64,000 nt of DNA from Bdellovibrionales bacterium (GTDB lineage Bacteria > Bdellovibrionota > Bdellovibrionia > Bdellovibrionales > UBA1609), in assembly GCA_965203225.1 (NCBI GenBank), contig CBDBBW010000007.1, positions 487,574-551,573 of the forward strand, in the 5' to 3' direction. The notes beneath the pieces were generated by a model, which saw nothing but the letters and a program-made list of their open reading frames with translations, did no database searches and had not been told where the DNA came from. The first letter of the stretch is position 1; every line of letters begins with the position of its first letter. Made by a program: the position numbers and the translations under genes. Below are positions 38,843 through 47,750 of the stretch, piece by piece.

Positions 38843-39379
38843 CTAACTATTTTCCTGATCCATGAAAATACGGGTGCCTACAGCTCCTTTTTGGCCCTGA
38901 TATTTGCCTTTATAGGGCTTTTTTGTCTTCTGATCCATTTTACAGAACACAATTTGGCAGATACGACGCCCTGCACATAAACGAATGGGTAAGGTATTGG
39001 CATTATAAAGCTCCAAGGTGAGTTGTCCTTCAAAACCGGGGTCTACCCAGCCGGCATTTTGGATAAAAAGCCCCATACGCCCCACGGAGCTTCGTCCTTC
39101 CACAAAAGCCGTTAAGTTGTGAGGTAGTCGCAGGGTCTCACTCGTTACAGCCAACACAAAAGAATGGGAAGGCACTAAAAATGTATCAGCCGAAACAGTT
39201 TGATAGTTGGGCTGGGAGTTGAAATCCAAAATATCCCCCCCCCAATGTTTGATGATAACAAACTGTGTTCCCAACCTTAAGTCCACCGAAGCGGGTTGAA
39301 TGCAGTTTTTATCCAAAGGGTCAATCAGCAGTTCCCTGCTGTCCAGGCAGGCCTGGATACCTCCGTCAGAAAGAATCAT
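38843..39379 (-). CDS. dcd: dCTP deaminase
   Basis: [21 protein letters not shown]...[11 protein letters not shown] and the GWVDPGFEG beta-barrel motif. The start overlaps the fusA stop by 4 nt. Confidence 0.85.
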   Translation of the reverse strand: MILSDGGIQACLDSRELLIDPLDKNCIQPASVDLRLGTQFVIIKHWGGDILDFNSQPNYQTVSADTFLVPSHSFVLAVTSETLRLPHNLTAFVEGRSSVGRMGLFIQNAGWVDPGFEGQLTLELYNANTLPIRLCAGRRICQIVFCKMDQKTKKPYKGKYQGQKGAVGTRIFMDQENS

Positions 39380-41484
39380 GCTTTTTTCTCTTTCTTTTCT
39401 TTTTCTGTGTGTTTCTTAATCAACTCAACCTGTATACCCCCCGGCACTTGGAAATATCTGGCAAATTCCATAGTGAATTCCCCTTTCCCTTGAGTGGCTG
39501 AACGCAGTTCCGTGGAATAGCTAAACATTTCCGCCAGGGGAACTTCCGCCTCAATGGTAACGAATTTGTTTTGCGAATGAGTATTTTTAATCATTCCTCT
39601 TCTTTGGTTGATTTGTCCAATGACATTACCTTGAAATTCATCCGGCGCCGACACCTCCAGTTTCATTATAGGCTCCAGCACAGCAGGGGAGGCTTTGGAA
39701 AAATGTTCCCGAAACGCGGTCATCGCACAAATTTTAAAAGCCAGTTCACTGGAATCCACATCATGGTAGGCTCCATCAGATAAAATAGCCTGAACCCCCA
39801 CAATGGGAAATCCGAGCAGTGGGCCTTTTTTCATCTGTTCCTGAAAACCCCGATCCACAGCCGGAATGTATTCTTTTGGAATCCGTCCTCCGGTAATTTT
39901 GCTTACAAATTCATAGTTTTTCTCTTCATCCACCGGCAAAGGATTAAATGTTCCCATTACCTTGGCAAATTGTCCCGCTCCCCCTGTTTGTTTTTTATGA
40001 GTGTATTCGTATTTCACGGGTTTCGTGATGGTTTCACGGTAAGCCACTTGAGGCTGTCCCACATTCACTTCGCACTTGAATTCTCTTTTCATTCTTTCGA
40101 TGTAAATATTCAGATGAAGCTCTCCCATTCCTGAAATCACTGTTTGTGCTGATTCCTCATCTCTGTGCACTCGAAAGGTGGGGTCCTCTCTGGTGAATTT
40201 TTGTAAAGCTTTACTGAAATTACCGGTGGAGCTTCGCTCTTTGGGTTCAATGGCCATAGAAATAACCGCATTCGGCACAAACATGGAGGTCATGGTGTAT
40301 TGCGCGTTTTCAGAACAAAAAGTGTCCCCGGAAGCGCAGTCAATGCCAAAAAAAGCTACGATGTCCCCTCCTTTTGCAATTTCGATATCCTCCATTTCAT
40401 CCGCGTGCATATAAACGATACGAGGCACTTTTACTTTTTTTCCCGTTCGTACATTATAGATAAAATCCCCCTTTTTTACTGTTCCTTGATACAGCCTCAT
40501 ATAAGTAAGTTGTCCAAAGCGGGTGTCATCCAGCTTAAAGGCCAGTCCCACGAAAGGGGTTTCAAGGCGGGGTGACAGAATGACTTCCCTTTCATTGTTC
40601 ATCTGGTCCAGGGCTTTGTTTTCGACTTCAGCCGGACTGGGGAGGTAATTCACCACTGCGGATAATACCGGTTGCACTCCTTTGTTTTTGAAGGCGGACC
40701 CCATAAAAACCGGGGTTGCATTTAAAGACAAGGTGACCTTACGAAGAGCTGAATGTATCTCCTCTTCATCGGGGTCTTTTTCATTTAGGAATTTTTCCGC
40801 CAGAGTATCGTCAAAGTCCGACAAAGCTTCAATCATTTTCAAACGGTATTCCCGAGCTTGATTTTTCAGTTCCTCAGGCATATCTTTGGTTACCGGCCGT
40901 TCCCCTTCCTCACCTTCAAAGTAAATCGCTTTCATTGTCACCAGATCTACCACTCCTTCGTGTTTTTCTTCCAAGCCAATCGGAATTTGCGTTAAAATCG
41001 TGTTATGATTCAGTTTTTCCCTTAACATTTCACAAACCCGAAAAGGGTTGGCGCCGGCCCTGTCCAATTTATTGATAAAGGCGATACGAGGCACTTTATA
41101 TCGTCGCATCTGGCGATCCACTGTAATGGACTGAGACTGCACTCCAGCTACACCACACAGGACCAGGATAGCGCCGTCCAATACTCTTAAGGACCTTTCC
41201 ACTTCAATGGTGAAGTCCACATGTCCGGGGGTATCAATAATATTCACATCATGTTCATCCCAGTGTACATTGGTGGCGGCGGACTGAATGGTGATGCCTC
41301 GTTCTTTTTCCAACTCCATAGAATCCATTTTGGCTCCCACTCCATCCTTACCTCGCACATCGTGAATGGCGTGGATACGCCCGGTATAAAACAAAATTCT
41401 TTCCGTCAAGGTGGTTTTTCCCGAGTCAATGTGAGCGGAAATTCCAATATTACGCACTTTTTCAATATTCCATTTTTTGCTCAT
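39376..41484 (-). CDS. fusA: Elongation factor G
   Basis: G1 [10 protein letters not shown]3 DTPGHVDF, G4 NKLDR. 702 aa with domains II-V. The N-terminus ...[25 protein letters not shown] is of the mitochondrial-EF-G1-like type. Confidence 0.9.
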   Translation of the reverse strand: MSKKWNIEKVRNIGISAHIDSGKTTLTERILFYTGRIHAIHDVRGKDGVGAKMDSMELEKERGITIQSAATNVHWDEHDVNIIDTPGHVDFTIEVERSLRVLDGAILVLCGVAGVQSQSITVDRQMRRYKVPRIAFINKLDRAGANPFRVCEMLREKLNHNTILTQIPIGLEEKHEGVVDLVTMKAIYFEGEEGERPVTKDMPEELKNQAREYRLKMIEALSDFDDTLAEKFLNEKDPDEEEIHSALRKVTLSLNATPVFMGSAFKNKGVQPVLSAVVNYLPSPAEVENKALDQMNNEREVILSPRLETPFVGLAFKLDDTRFGQLTYMRLYQGTVKKGDFIYNVRTGKKVKVPRIVYMHADEMEDIEIAKGGDIVAFFGIDCASGDTFCSENAQYTMTSMFVPNAVISMAIEPKERSSTGNFSKALQKFTREDPTFRVHRDEESAQTVISGMGELHLNIYIERMKREFKCEVNVGQPQVAYRETITKPVKYEYTHKKQTGGAGQFAKVMGTFNPLPVDEEKNYEFVSKITGGRIPKEYIPAVDRGFQEQMKKGPLLGFPIVGVQAILSDGAYHDVDSSELAFKICAMTAFREHFSKASPAVLEPIMKLEVSAPDEFQGNVIGQINQRRGMIKNTHSQNKFVTIEAEVPLAEMFSYSTELRSATQGKGEFTMEFARYFQVPGGIQVELIKKHTEKEKKEKKA

Positions 41485-41742
41485 TTTTTCCTGCTTTGTT
41501 TAAATGTTTTCCCTTCGGAGAATGTCCTTGTTTCTTCGGACTTTAAGAAGGGCTAATTACTGTTTATTCTATCCTGTTCTGATTTTCAACACTATTTTTC
41601 CCCTATTTACCGGTTCCTGTTTTTCGCGGTCCTCTTTATTATAGTTCAGGGCGGCTTCATTACCTTTGAACAGGATATTTTTTAATTTAAAAATTTGCCG
41701 TGTTTCCCAAAAAAAGAGACCATATAGCCCATGAAACCATGG

Positions 41743-42056
41743 AATAATCAAATCGAAATAATCAAGAAATATTACAGTGGATTATGCGCTAAAGCCGGGT
41801 TATTTACATGTTTCCTGATATGGTTGTCATACCGGCAAATCCGGCTTTGGAATACAGTTTATATATTAGCACTACTGGCACAGGTATGGCTGTAATTGAA
41901 TAATCAAATCGAAATAATCAAGAAATATTACAGTGGATTATGCGCTAAAGCAGGTTATTTACATGTTTCCTGATGTGGTTGTCATACCGGCAATATCCGG
42001 CTTTGGAATACAGTCTATACATTAGCACTATCGTCACAGGTGTGGCTGTAATTGAA
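41743..42056. repeat. 157-bp tandem duplication (2 copies)
   Basis: aataatcaaatcgaaataatcaagaaatattacagtggattatgcgctaaag... is repeated from 41743 and from about 41900, in the non-coding region upstream of fusA. Confidence 0.9.
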
Positions 42057-42343
42057 TTGGTTAATAAGAAAACAAATAATATGTTTCCTGATACATATTT
42101 GAGATACGACTTGAATCATATATTAATGGGGTATGCTAACAAACGAGAGCCACTTCAAAGCCTGTTTGCAACACTAAAGGATGTGTTGAGCAACGCGTTC
42201 GTAAGGGAAAGGCAGATGGCAATGCTCATTTTTGAAGAGGAGGATACTTTACAAAAAACCATACAAGAATCACGCTAAAACCATGAAAAAAAGCGAATGG
42301 AAAAGTTAAAAATACTGTGTTTATAGGGAGTTATGAAGATTAG

Positions 42344-42998
42344 TGTTAGAGTCGTGCGGACTCTGCCATTTTATAAGTTTTTTGTGTCTTCTGTTTTTCA
42401 ACATTCAGTGTGAAAAATCTGCTGTCTCTTTATAGCTTAAAACACTTGTCGGTAGATACAAGAGATTTTTAACATTTTTATATATAAAATATTTTATATT
42501 TAAAAAATTACAATTATATCAAGAATTTAGTTTTTTAAAAAACTGTTTCATTTTAGGACATTTTGTGATTTCCTGTGTTCTTATTTCAAAAAACAGGTGT
42601 TTTTGTGCTACTCATTTTCGATTTATATAATTCAAGAGTTGGTTTTCACTTTTAGTGATTTATTTTTTTCTTTATTGGATTTTTTTGCAGTGTTTTAATG
42701 CAATAACCTGTTTTATTTCTTTGATTTTCCTATCGCTTCAACATAAAAACCACCCCACTGAACAACTTTCTTTTTCAAATCGGAATATATTAAAAGTTGT
42801 TTTTTATGTAAAATTTCTTTTTTACTCAAGGTAAATCATCTAAAAATTTGAGTTCCATTTTACATGCCATAACTTTCCAGCAGTGACAGCGTTTTTCTTT
42901 TTTTTATTCAAACTCCTATATTTTAAAAACTCATAACACAGTCTTTTGTAATCACTTTGTATCAGCCTATTAATGGCAGAGTCCGCACGACTCTAACA
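42344..42998. other. 27-bp perfect inverted repeats enclosing a 601-bp AT-rich ORF-free segment (candidate invertible switch or MITE)
   Basis: Left arm: tgttagagtcgtgcggactctgccatt (42344-42370). Right arm: aatggcagagtccgcacgactctaaca (42972-42998), its exact reverse complement. Each arm contains its own 6-bp hairpin (agagtc/gactct). Confidence 0.85.
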
Positions 42999-43080
42999 TT
43001 TTCTGATTTAGGAGTGATTTCGGAAAAGGCTGTGGTGGATCAAATGATTTCAAAACTTGTTTCTGTTTTGGTTTGTGTGC

Positions 43081-43189
43081 AATCGAAGGAAGTATCTGTA
43101 ATGCAGTCGAAGGAAGTTACCTGCAAAAGGGTTATGTGTAGTCGAAGGAAGTTATCTGCAATGTAGTCGAAGGAAGTTACCTGCAAAAG
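43081..43189. repeat. Four direct copies of a ~21-bp motif (a/g)tcgaaggaagt(t)a(t/c)ctg(c/t)aa upstream of the small membrane gene and pilin
   Basis: Copies start at 43081, 43105, 43140 and 43165. The array ends 33 nt before GTG 43223. Confidence 0.85.
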
Positions 43190-43222
43190 ACAAGATAACA
43201 AAAAAGTTTTTAAGGATGGATT

Positions 43223-43462
43223 GTGAATAAAACAGACAAAAAATTTATTTCCGCGATAGTTATTTTACACACAGGTGTCATTGTTTTGACAATCTCTGTT
43301 TCCGGTTACTTTTGGCATCATCAAACAATTAAAGTGCAAAAACTGAATCAACTTCATGAGCTGGTTGAGTTCGTAAAAGATACAAACAATGAAATAGGAT
43401 CACAGCAAAAGATTGAAGCGTTGAAAAAACATTATGAAACAAAAGGTGTTTCAGTGGAATGA
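43223..43462 (+). CDS. Small single-pass membrane protein (hypothetical)
   Basis: 79-aa ORF with a GTG start and one TM helix (FISAIVILHTGVIVLTISVSGYF). Lies 31 nt upstream of the pilin gene. Confidence 0.4.
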   Translation: MNKTDKKFISAIVILHTGVIVLTISVSGYFWHHQTIKVQKLNQLHELVEFVKDTNNEIGSQQKIEALKKHYETKGVSVE

Positions 43463-43493
43463 GAATTAACCAATAACCAAAGAAGGGGGAAAT

Positions 43494-44069
43494 ATGAAAA
43501 TAAAAAACAACAAAGGATTTTCGTTGATTGAAGTTCTAGTCACTGTAGGGCTTGTCGGTATCCTGGTGGGTATTGCCGTGCCAAGTTATCGGGGCTACAA
43601 ACAAAATACTGTGAAAATGGCAATAAAGGCGGATGTGGCCAACGGCTCCAAAGTTTATAACGCCAAGTATGCGACAGAATCAACATATTGTTATACTTTA
43701 TTGGATGTTGGGCTTCCACCCATAGCTCAAAGGGCGGTGAATCCTTTGTATAAAAGGCAAGCATTTTATGGCTTTCAGGATGTCGACAGTTCGTGTTCAG
43801 GTGTAAATAGTGGTGATCTATCTTATAAAAGCTCGGGAGCTGGATGTTCTGATACCACACATACAGATCAAACAGCATGTACAGGCGCAGGTGAAACATG
43901 GACGACAAGTGCGGCTAATGCTTTTTCTGGAAGTCCGGCAACGTGTGTATTGGAATCTCAAGCTTTTAAACTTGGAGCAACAACCAATGTTGCTGATTTA
44001 AATGTTTTTTTTACGGCAAACCATGAAGGACAAATACTGGAGGAAGCCACCGGTACTGATTGCCAGTAA
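43494..44069 (+). CDS. Type IV pilin-like protein (prepilin N-terminal methylation motif)
   Basis: MKIKNNKGFSLIEVLVTVGLVGILVGIAVPSY is a class III signal with G|F..E5. There are C-terminal Cys pairs. SD GAAGGGGG lies upstream. Confidence 0.85.
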   Translation: MKIKNNKGFSLIEVLVTVGLVGILVGIAVPSYRGYKQNTVKMAIKADVANGSKVYNAKYATESTYCYTLLDVGLPPIAQRAVNPLYKRQAFYGFQDVDSSCSGVNSGDLSYKSSGAGCSDTTHTDQTACTGAGETWTTSAANAFSGSPATCVLESQAFKLGATTNVADLNVFFTANHEGQILEEATGTDCQ

Positions 44070-44205
44070 TAAAATGTATTTAAGCCACGGCCGGTTTTAC
44101 ATTTTTAGTCTTTGTTTTTCCGGCCTTGATAGCGGGTAACTCAAACAGGTTGTCCACATTTTTTAACTTTATTGTTCCAGCCTTTTAAAGTGATGATGGT
44201 TTTTA

Positions 44206-44472
44206 TTGAGGTTACCTCTTTTTGGTTACGGTATTTTGAAAACACGAAAGACGAAAAAAGAGTATAACCGGCAATACTATCAAAGGAGAAAAAAATCAGC
44301 CGGGCTTTTCTTAAGAAAGAGGAAGTGTCCTTATTGCAAAGAGTGGTATCGTCCCCGATTTGTCTTCAGCCTGGCTTGTTCTGAAAAGCCCTGCCAGGTC
44401 CAAAGAAAAAGAGATTACAATCGTCAATATGTAAAAAGGCCGGAAGTTAAAAAACAACGTGAAAGAGTATGA
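44206..44472 (+). CDS. Small highly basic protein with CxxC...C..C (hypothetical)
   Basis: 88-aa ORF with a TTG start and an internal duplication KKEYNRQYYQRRKK / KRDYNRQYVKRPEVKK around CPYCKEWY...CSEKPC. No family assignment. Confidence 0.3.
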   Translation: MRLPLFGYGILKTRKTKKEYNRQYYQRRKKSAGLFLRKRKCPYCKEWYRPRFVFSLACSEKPCQVQRKRDYNRQYVKRPEVKKQRERV

Positions 44473-44630
44473 CAGGAAATACGGAAGACTTCTTCCTGTC
44501 AATGTTCAGGAGAAAAACAGTCAAGCACAGTAAAAAAGAAGAGTAATGGTGAAAAATATTCACTCTGAGAATATTTTTTTTATGATTCTGAAAACATTAC
44601 ACGCATGAAATATTCCTACTAAGTAAAAAA

Positions 44631-44660
44631 TTGACAGATATTAATTCTAGGGTTTATAGG
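44631..44660 (+). promoter_or_regulatory. Candidate sigma70 promoter of the integrase gene
   Basis: TTGACA (44631-44636), an 18-nt spacer, then TATAGG (44655-44660). SD AAGGAGG (44675-44681) lies 7 nt before ATG 44689. Confidence 0.4.
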
Positions 44661-44688
44661 ATGCCTTAACCAGTAAGGAGGCTAAGTC

Positions 44689-45861
44689 ATGGCTATAACC
44701 AAAAGACCTTTAAAGAAAAACAGACAAAGAAAATTATGTTATCGAGCACAGATTTATGTCAAACACGTTCATATTAAAACCAAGCCTTTTAAGAACGAGA
44801 TAGACACTTGTATTTGGCATGATAAGGAAAAAGAGCGATTTTTGAAAGATCCTTCAGAATTATATCAGAAAAAACATTCTCTCTTTTTTTCCGATTGTTT
44901 TAAGCAGTATAGGAAAGAGGCTTTTCCTTTGCTTAAAAAATCCACACAGCAAAGTTATGAGGAGCGATTTCGGTATTTCACAAAAGGTCCTCTTCCTAAT
45001 GTTAAGATGGAGTGTTTTAATGCCAGATGTGTTCATACATGGATTAACTGGCTTAAGGAACATTCCACCGCGACAAACAAAAGAAGGAAGAGTTTTGTTC
45101 ATGAATTGCAGTTGCTTTCAGTCATTTTAAACTGGTACCGCAACTTTATGGATGAAGATTTTAATGTTCCCATTACAAAACAGCATAGGCAACTTTGCCA
45201 CTATAAGGCTGTTTCGCCCACCCGGCCTGATTATTATGCGAGACCGGATGAATTGAGGCTTTGGATTAAGTGGCTCAAGCAAAACAGAAGCAATCCGGTA
45301 TATTGGAGGCTGGCTTCTTTTATGCTCCTTACGGGGGCGAGAGTGGGTGAAGCCTGTGGCCTGCTTTGGTCTGTTGTGGATTTCAAGCAAGGAACAGCGA
45401 GAGTAATGAGGAGGATAAGGTGGGACCATTATACAAGAAGACCGCATCTTGAAGATGCAACAAAGACGGAGGCTTCCGCGCGTCTGCTGGTTCTTTCTGA
45501 TGAGTTGATAAGCATACTTAAGGCGATGAGGGGGGAAAACAGGGCAAGTGAGTTTTTATTTACAGACAAAAAGGGCGGGGCTTTAAAATACAATGCTATT
45601 CAATCGGCATTTAATGCAGGCTTTATAGCATTAAAGCTCCCTTGGCGCTCAACCCACATATTAAGGCATTCCTACGCCACAATGGCTTTAATAGCTACGA
45701 GAGACCTATCTGCGGTTCAAGCGAGCCTTGGACACACAGAGCAAAGAGTCACTCAGAGGTATGCTAAAGTAGTTGCTCTTTTAAATAGACAGACAGCGGA
45801 AAAAACCACTAAAGCTTTTGACCTGTTTAATGGGGAGCTTGATAATGGATTTATCAACTAA
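44689..45861 (+). CDS. Tyrosine recombinase / phage-type integrase
   Basis: LLTGARVGEACGL (Arg I), HILRHSYATMAL (H-x-x-R), LGHTEQRVTQRYAK (catalytic Tyr). 390 aa. Confidence 0.9.
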   Translation: MAITKRPLKKNRQRKLCYRAQIYVKHVHIKTKPFKNEIDTCIWHDKEKERFLKDPSELYQKKHSLFFSDCFKQYRKEAFPLLKKSTQQSYEERFRYFTKGPLPNVKMECFNARCVHTWINWLKEHSTATNKRRKSFVHELQLLSVILNWYRNFMDEDFNVPITKQHRQLCHYKAVSPTRPDYYARPDELRLWIKWLKQNRSNPVYWRLASFMLLTGARVGEACGLLWSVVDFKQGTARVMRRIRWDHYTRRPHLEDATKTEASARLLVLSDELISILKAMRGENRASEFLFTDKKGGALKYNAIQSAFNAGFIALKLPWRSTHILRHSYATMALIATRDLSAVQASLGHTEQRVTQRYAKVVALLNRQTAEKTTKAFDLFNGELDNGFIN

Positions 45862-46116
45862 AGAGCGTCTTTGTTTTCTGGAAGTTTTTGGTTTATCTGA
45901 AATAGAAAAATCCAAATCTTCACTCAATCTATAGAAACCAACATAACATTTATTGAGAAGAGTTCCGCCTTTAAAAACCAATAGATTAGACCAATCTACA
46001 TAACCTTTTCCCTGAAAAATTTCCTTAAGAATCAGTGAGCAATAATAATCTTTTTCTATTAAAATTTCAGAAAATCCTGAGTTTTGAGAGGTCTTTCTAA
46101 TAGCTTCTAAAAAAAC
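45862..46116 (-). pseudogene. AbiEii-type nucleotidyltransferase toxin, N-terminal fragment only
   Basis: Manual translation: VFLEAIRKTSQNSGFSEILIEKDYYCSLILKEI...LVFKGGTLLNKCYVGFYRLSEDLDFS (AbiEii signature iEKDY...FKGGTaL.K....RfSEDlDF). There is no canonical start, and it is cut off where the integrase 3' end begins. Confidence 0.6.
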
Positions 46117-46126
46117 TTATTCTTTT

Positions 46127-46948
46127 TTATGAAAGTGTAACATTTTCTATAATATTCCATTTTTTATTTACAGAGCCCTTTCTGTTTTTGGGATCAAGAG
46201 GTGTCAGAAAATTTGTATTAGATATTTTCTTTTGTAATGGGTTGATAATTTTCTTTGAAACTTTTAATTGATCTAAAGCCCAGCCAATTCTTTTCTGACT
46301 TATTATATTTCCATATTTGATTGACACATCAATCAGTTTTTTTAATTGGATTTTTTTATCTTTTAAAGAACGAGCTATCCATTCATAAGCAACAGGTAAA
46401 GTTCCATATTTTTTATAATCATAAACAGCATCAAGAAGAGCTTGTTCTGGAGAGCTATATCTTACCCATATAAATTTGTCATCCTCAGTATAAACTTTCG
46501 CTTTTTTTATATTTCCTAAACGAGTTGAAACAACTTTTGTGAAATCCAAATGATATTGAAGAAAATATTTTTTTCTGGAAATTTTATTGTTATATACAGT
46601 AAACCATGCTGAAACTTGATCAGAGTACCCATATAAATTAAATACAGCCTGTCCGCTAATATGAAACTTAGCTCCAACATTTTGCATATATTTATTTATG
46701 ATTAAATAAGGGGAAGGAGACCAACTGCCACTTAAGGGGAGTCTTTGAGGCACTAAATAAAAACCTCGCTCAAGCTGAAAAATAATCCTATTTGAAGATA
46801 AGTTATAAAGTAAATCAGCTTCTTGTTTAGGAGAAAGATTCATGGCTTTTACAAGATCACCGGTTCTTACTTCCTCTTTTTTTTCAAATTGAATCCATGC
46901 AAAAAATTGCATTTCCCAAGGCCCCAATAAAGATTTTTTCTTTGTCAT
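46127..46948 (-). CDS. AbiEi-family antitoxin/transcriptional regulator
   Basis: N-terminal wHTH ...VRTGDLVKAMNLSPKQEADLLYNLSSNRIIFQLERGFYLV and C-terminal ...SSPEQALLDAVYD fit AbiEi. It lies immediately upstream of the AbiEii fragment. Confidence 0.65.
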   Translation of the reverse strand: MTKKKSLLGPWEMQFFAWIQFEKKEEVRTGDLVKAMNLSPKQEADLLYNLSSNRIIFQLERGFYLVPQRLPLSGSWSPSPYLIINKYMQNVGAKFHISGQAVFNLYGYSDQVSAWFTVYNNKISRKKYFLQYHLDFTKVVSTRLGNIKKAKVYTEDDKFIWVRYSSPEQALLDAVYDYKKYGTLPVAYEWIARSLKDKKIQLKKLIDVSIKYGNIISQKRIGWALDQLKVSKKIINPLQKKISNTNFLTPLDPKNRKGSVNKKWNIIENVTLS

Positions 46949-46960
46949 AATTTTTATTAT

Positions 46961-46979
46961 ATTCGCTTTATAAGCGAAT
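46961..46979. promoter_or_regulatory. Palindrome ATTCGCTT-tat-AAGCGAAT just upstream of abiEi (candidate operator)
   Basis: 8-bp perfect arms, 13-31 nt upstream of ATG 46948. AbiEi proteins are known autorepressors that bind inverted repeats in their promoter. Confidence 0.35.
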
Positions 46980-47282
46980 AAAAGAAAAAATATAGCAACA
47001 TCTTACTGATATATACCAATCTTATTTAATTTTTTGAAATGATAGTCATTCCTGCGAAAGTGGGAAAACAACTGAAACCTAAATTTTAAAATTGCAATTA
47101 AGGCTCACTGGATATAGTTAAATTTATAGAGGAAAAATGCTGATAAAAGGAAAAATCATAATTCTTATAAATAATGATCTAGAATTTAGTGAAAAAATGC
47201 AATATGGCTTTGTCCAAGTCAAAGGCATCGAAGAGGATGTTTTTTCAAAAGAAAAAAATCAATATAATCAAGGATGATAAAA

Positions 47283-47564
47283 AATGGATAAAAATTCAGC
47301 TAAAAGATTAGTTAAAAAACTCTGCAAAGCTCTTTCAATAAAGAGCAGTTTATTCATTTAATTAAAAATACCTTGAATGAGTTTGAGGGAAAAACTTTTA
47401 CTTATAAAGGAAATACAATACCAAAAGCTTTCCAATATCCTATAAAAAATTTAGAGCGTGTCGGTCAATATAAAGATTCAGAGGACAATATTCTTGATAT
47501 TCTCATTGTTCAATGTTTTAGTTTATTTTTACTTGTTTTCATGTTTTATATGATCGCATACTAA
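47283..47564 (+). pseudogene. 5' fragment of an Eco57I-like type IIG restriction-modification / DNA methyltransferase gene (frameshifted, truncated)
   Basis: MDKNSAKRLVKKL.. (frameshift) ..FNKEQFIHLIKNTLNEFEGKTFTYKGNTIPKAFQYPIKNLERVGQYKDSEDNILDILIV matches, from memory, the conserved N-terminus of this family (F.kekF..fi.nlLn......y.G..ip.a....i..leriG.Y.d.....idiLiV). Nothing of the enzyme follows. Confidence 0.4.
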
Positions 47565-47750
47565 CCTTCTTTGTAAAGTTTTGGTGTGTTATAATGCACC
47601 AGAAAGCAGGTCTTTAAACTGCTTTTTTACTCTTGTTCAATCTCTTGCAAATGAAAAAAGAATCTGATTCCCTTCAAAATCCTGTCAAAAAAATAATAAA
47701 CCGACTTCTATTTGTTCTTTATAGAAATAATGCTATATAATCTCTTTTAA

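Noticed and set aside
2362-41556. Many 60-130-aa ORFs antisense to or overlapping long genes. Examples: 2362-2637, 2874-3098, 6045-6317, 17625-17828, 18617-18871, 20620-21167, 21741-22173, 23092-23838, 26813-27406, 28136-28705, 29915-30151, 31216-31617, 32164-32939, 33622-34136, 37905-38229, 39265-39783, 40178-40575, 41221-41751
   Set aside because: These are shadow ORFs inside well-supported genes on the opposite strand or in another frame. None has a recognisable motif.
41973-42278. 101-aa ORF upstream of the IR-bounded element
   Set aside because: Its first about 28 codons lie inside the second copy of the 157-bp duplication, and it has no SD or recognisable motif. I could not support it as a gene, though its unique 3' two-thirds leave some doubt.
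43540-45447. ORFs overlapping the pilin, the small basic ORF and the integrase (43540-43908, 43810-44001, 44311-44502, 44860-45102, 45127-45447), and similar ones in hsdR, hsdM, recQ, gspI-K (48421, 55071, 57064, 57101, 57521, 60071, 60430, 60548, 61112, 61690, 62194, 62765, 63577)
   Set aside because: Same reasoning: they overlap strongly supported genes and have no independent evidence.
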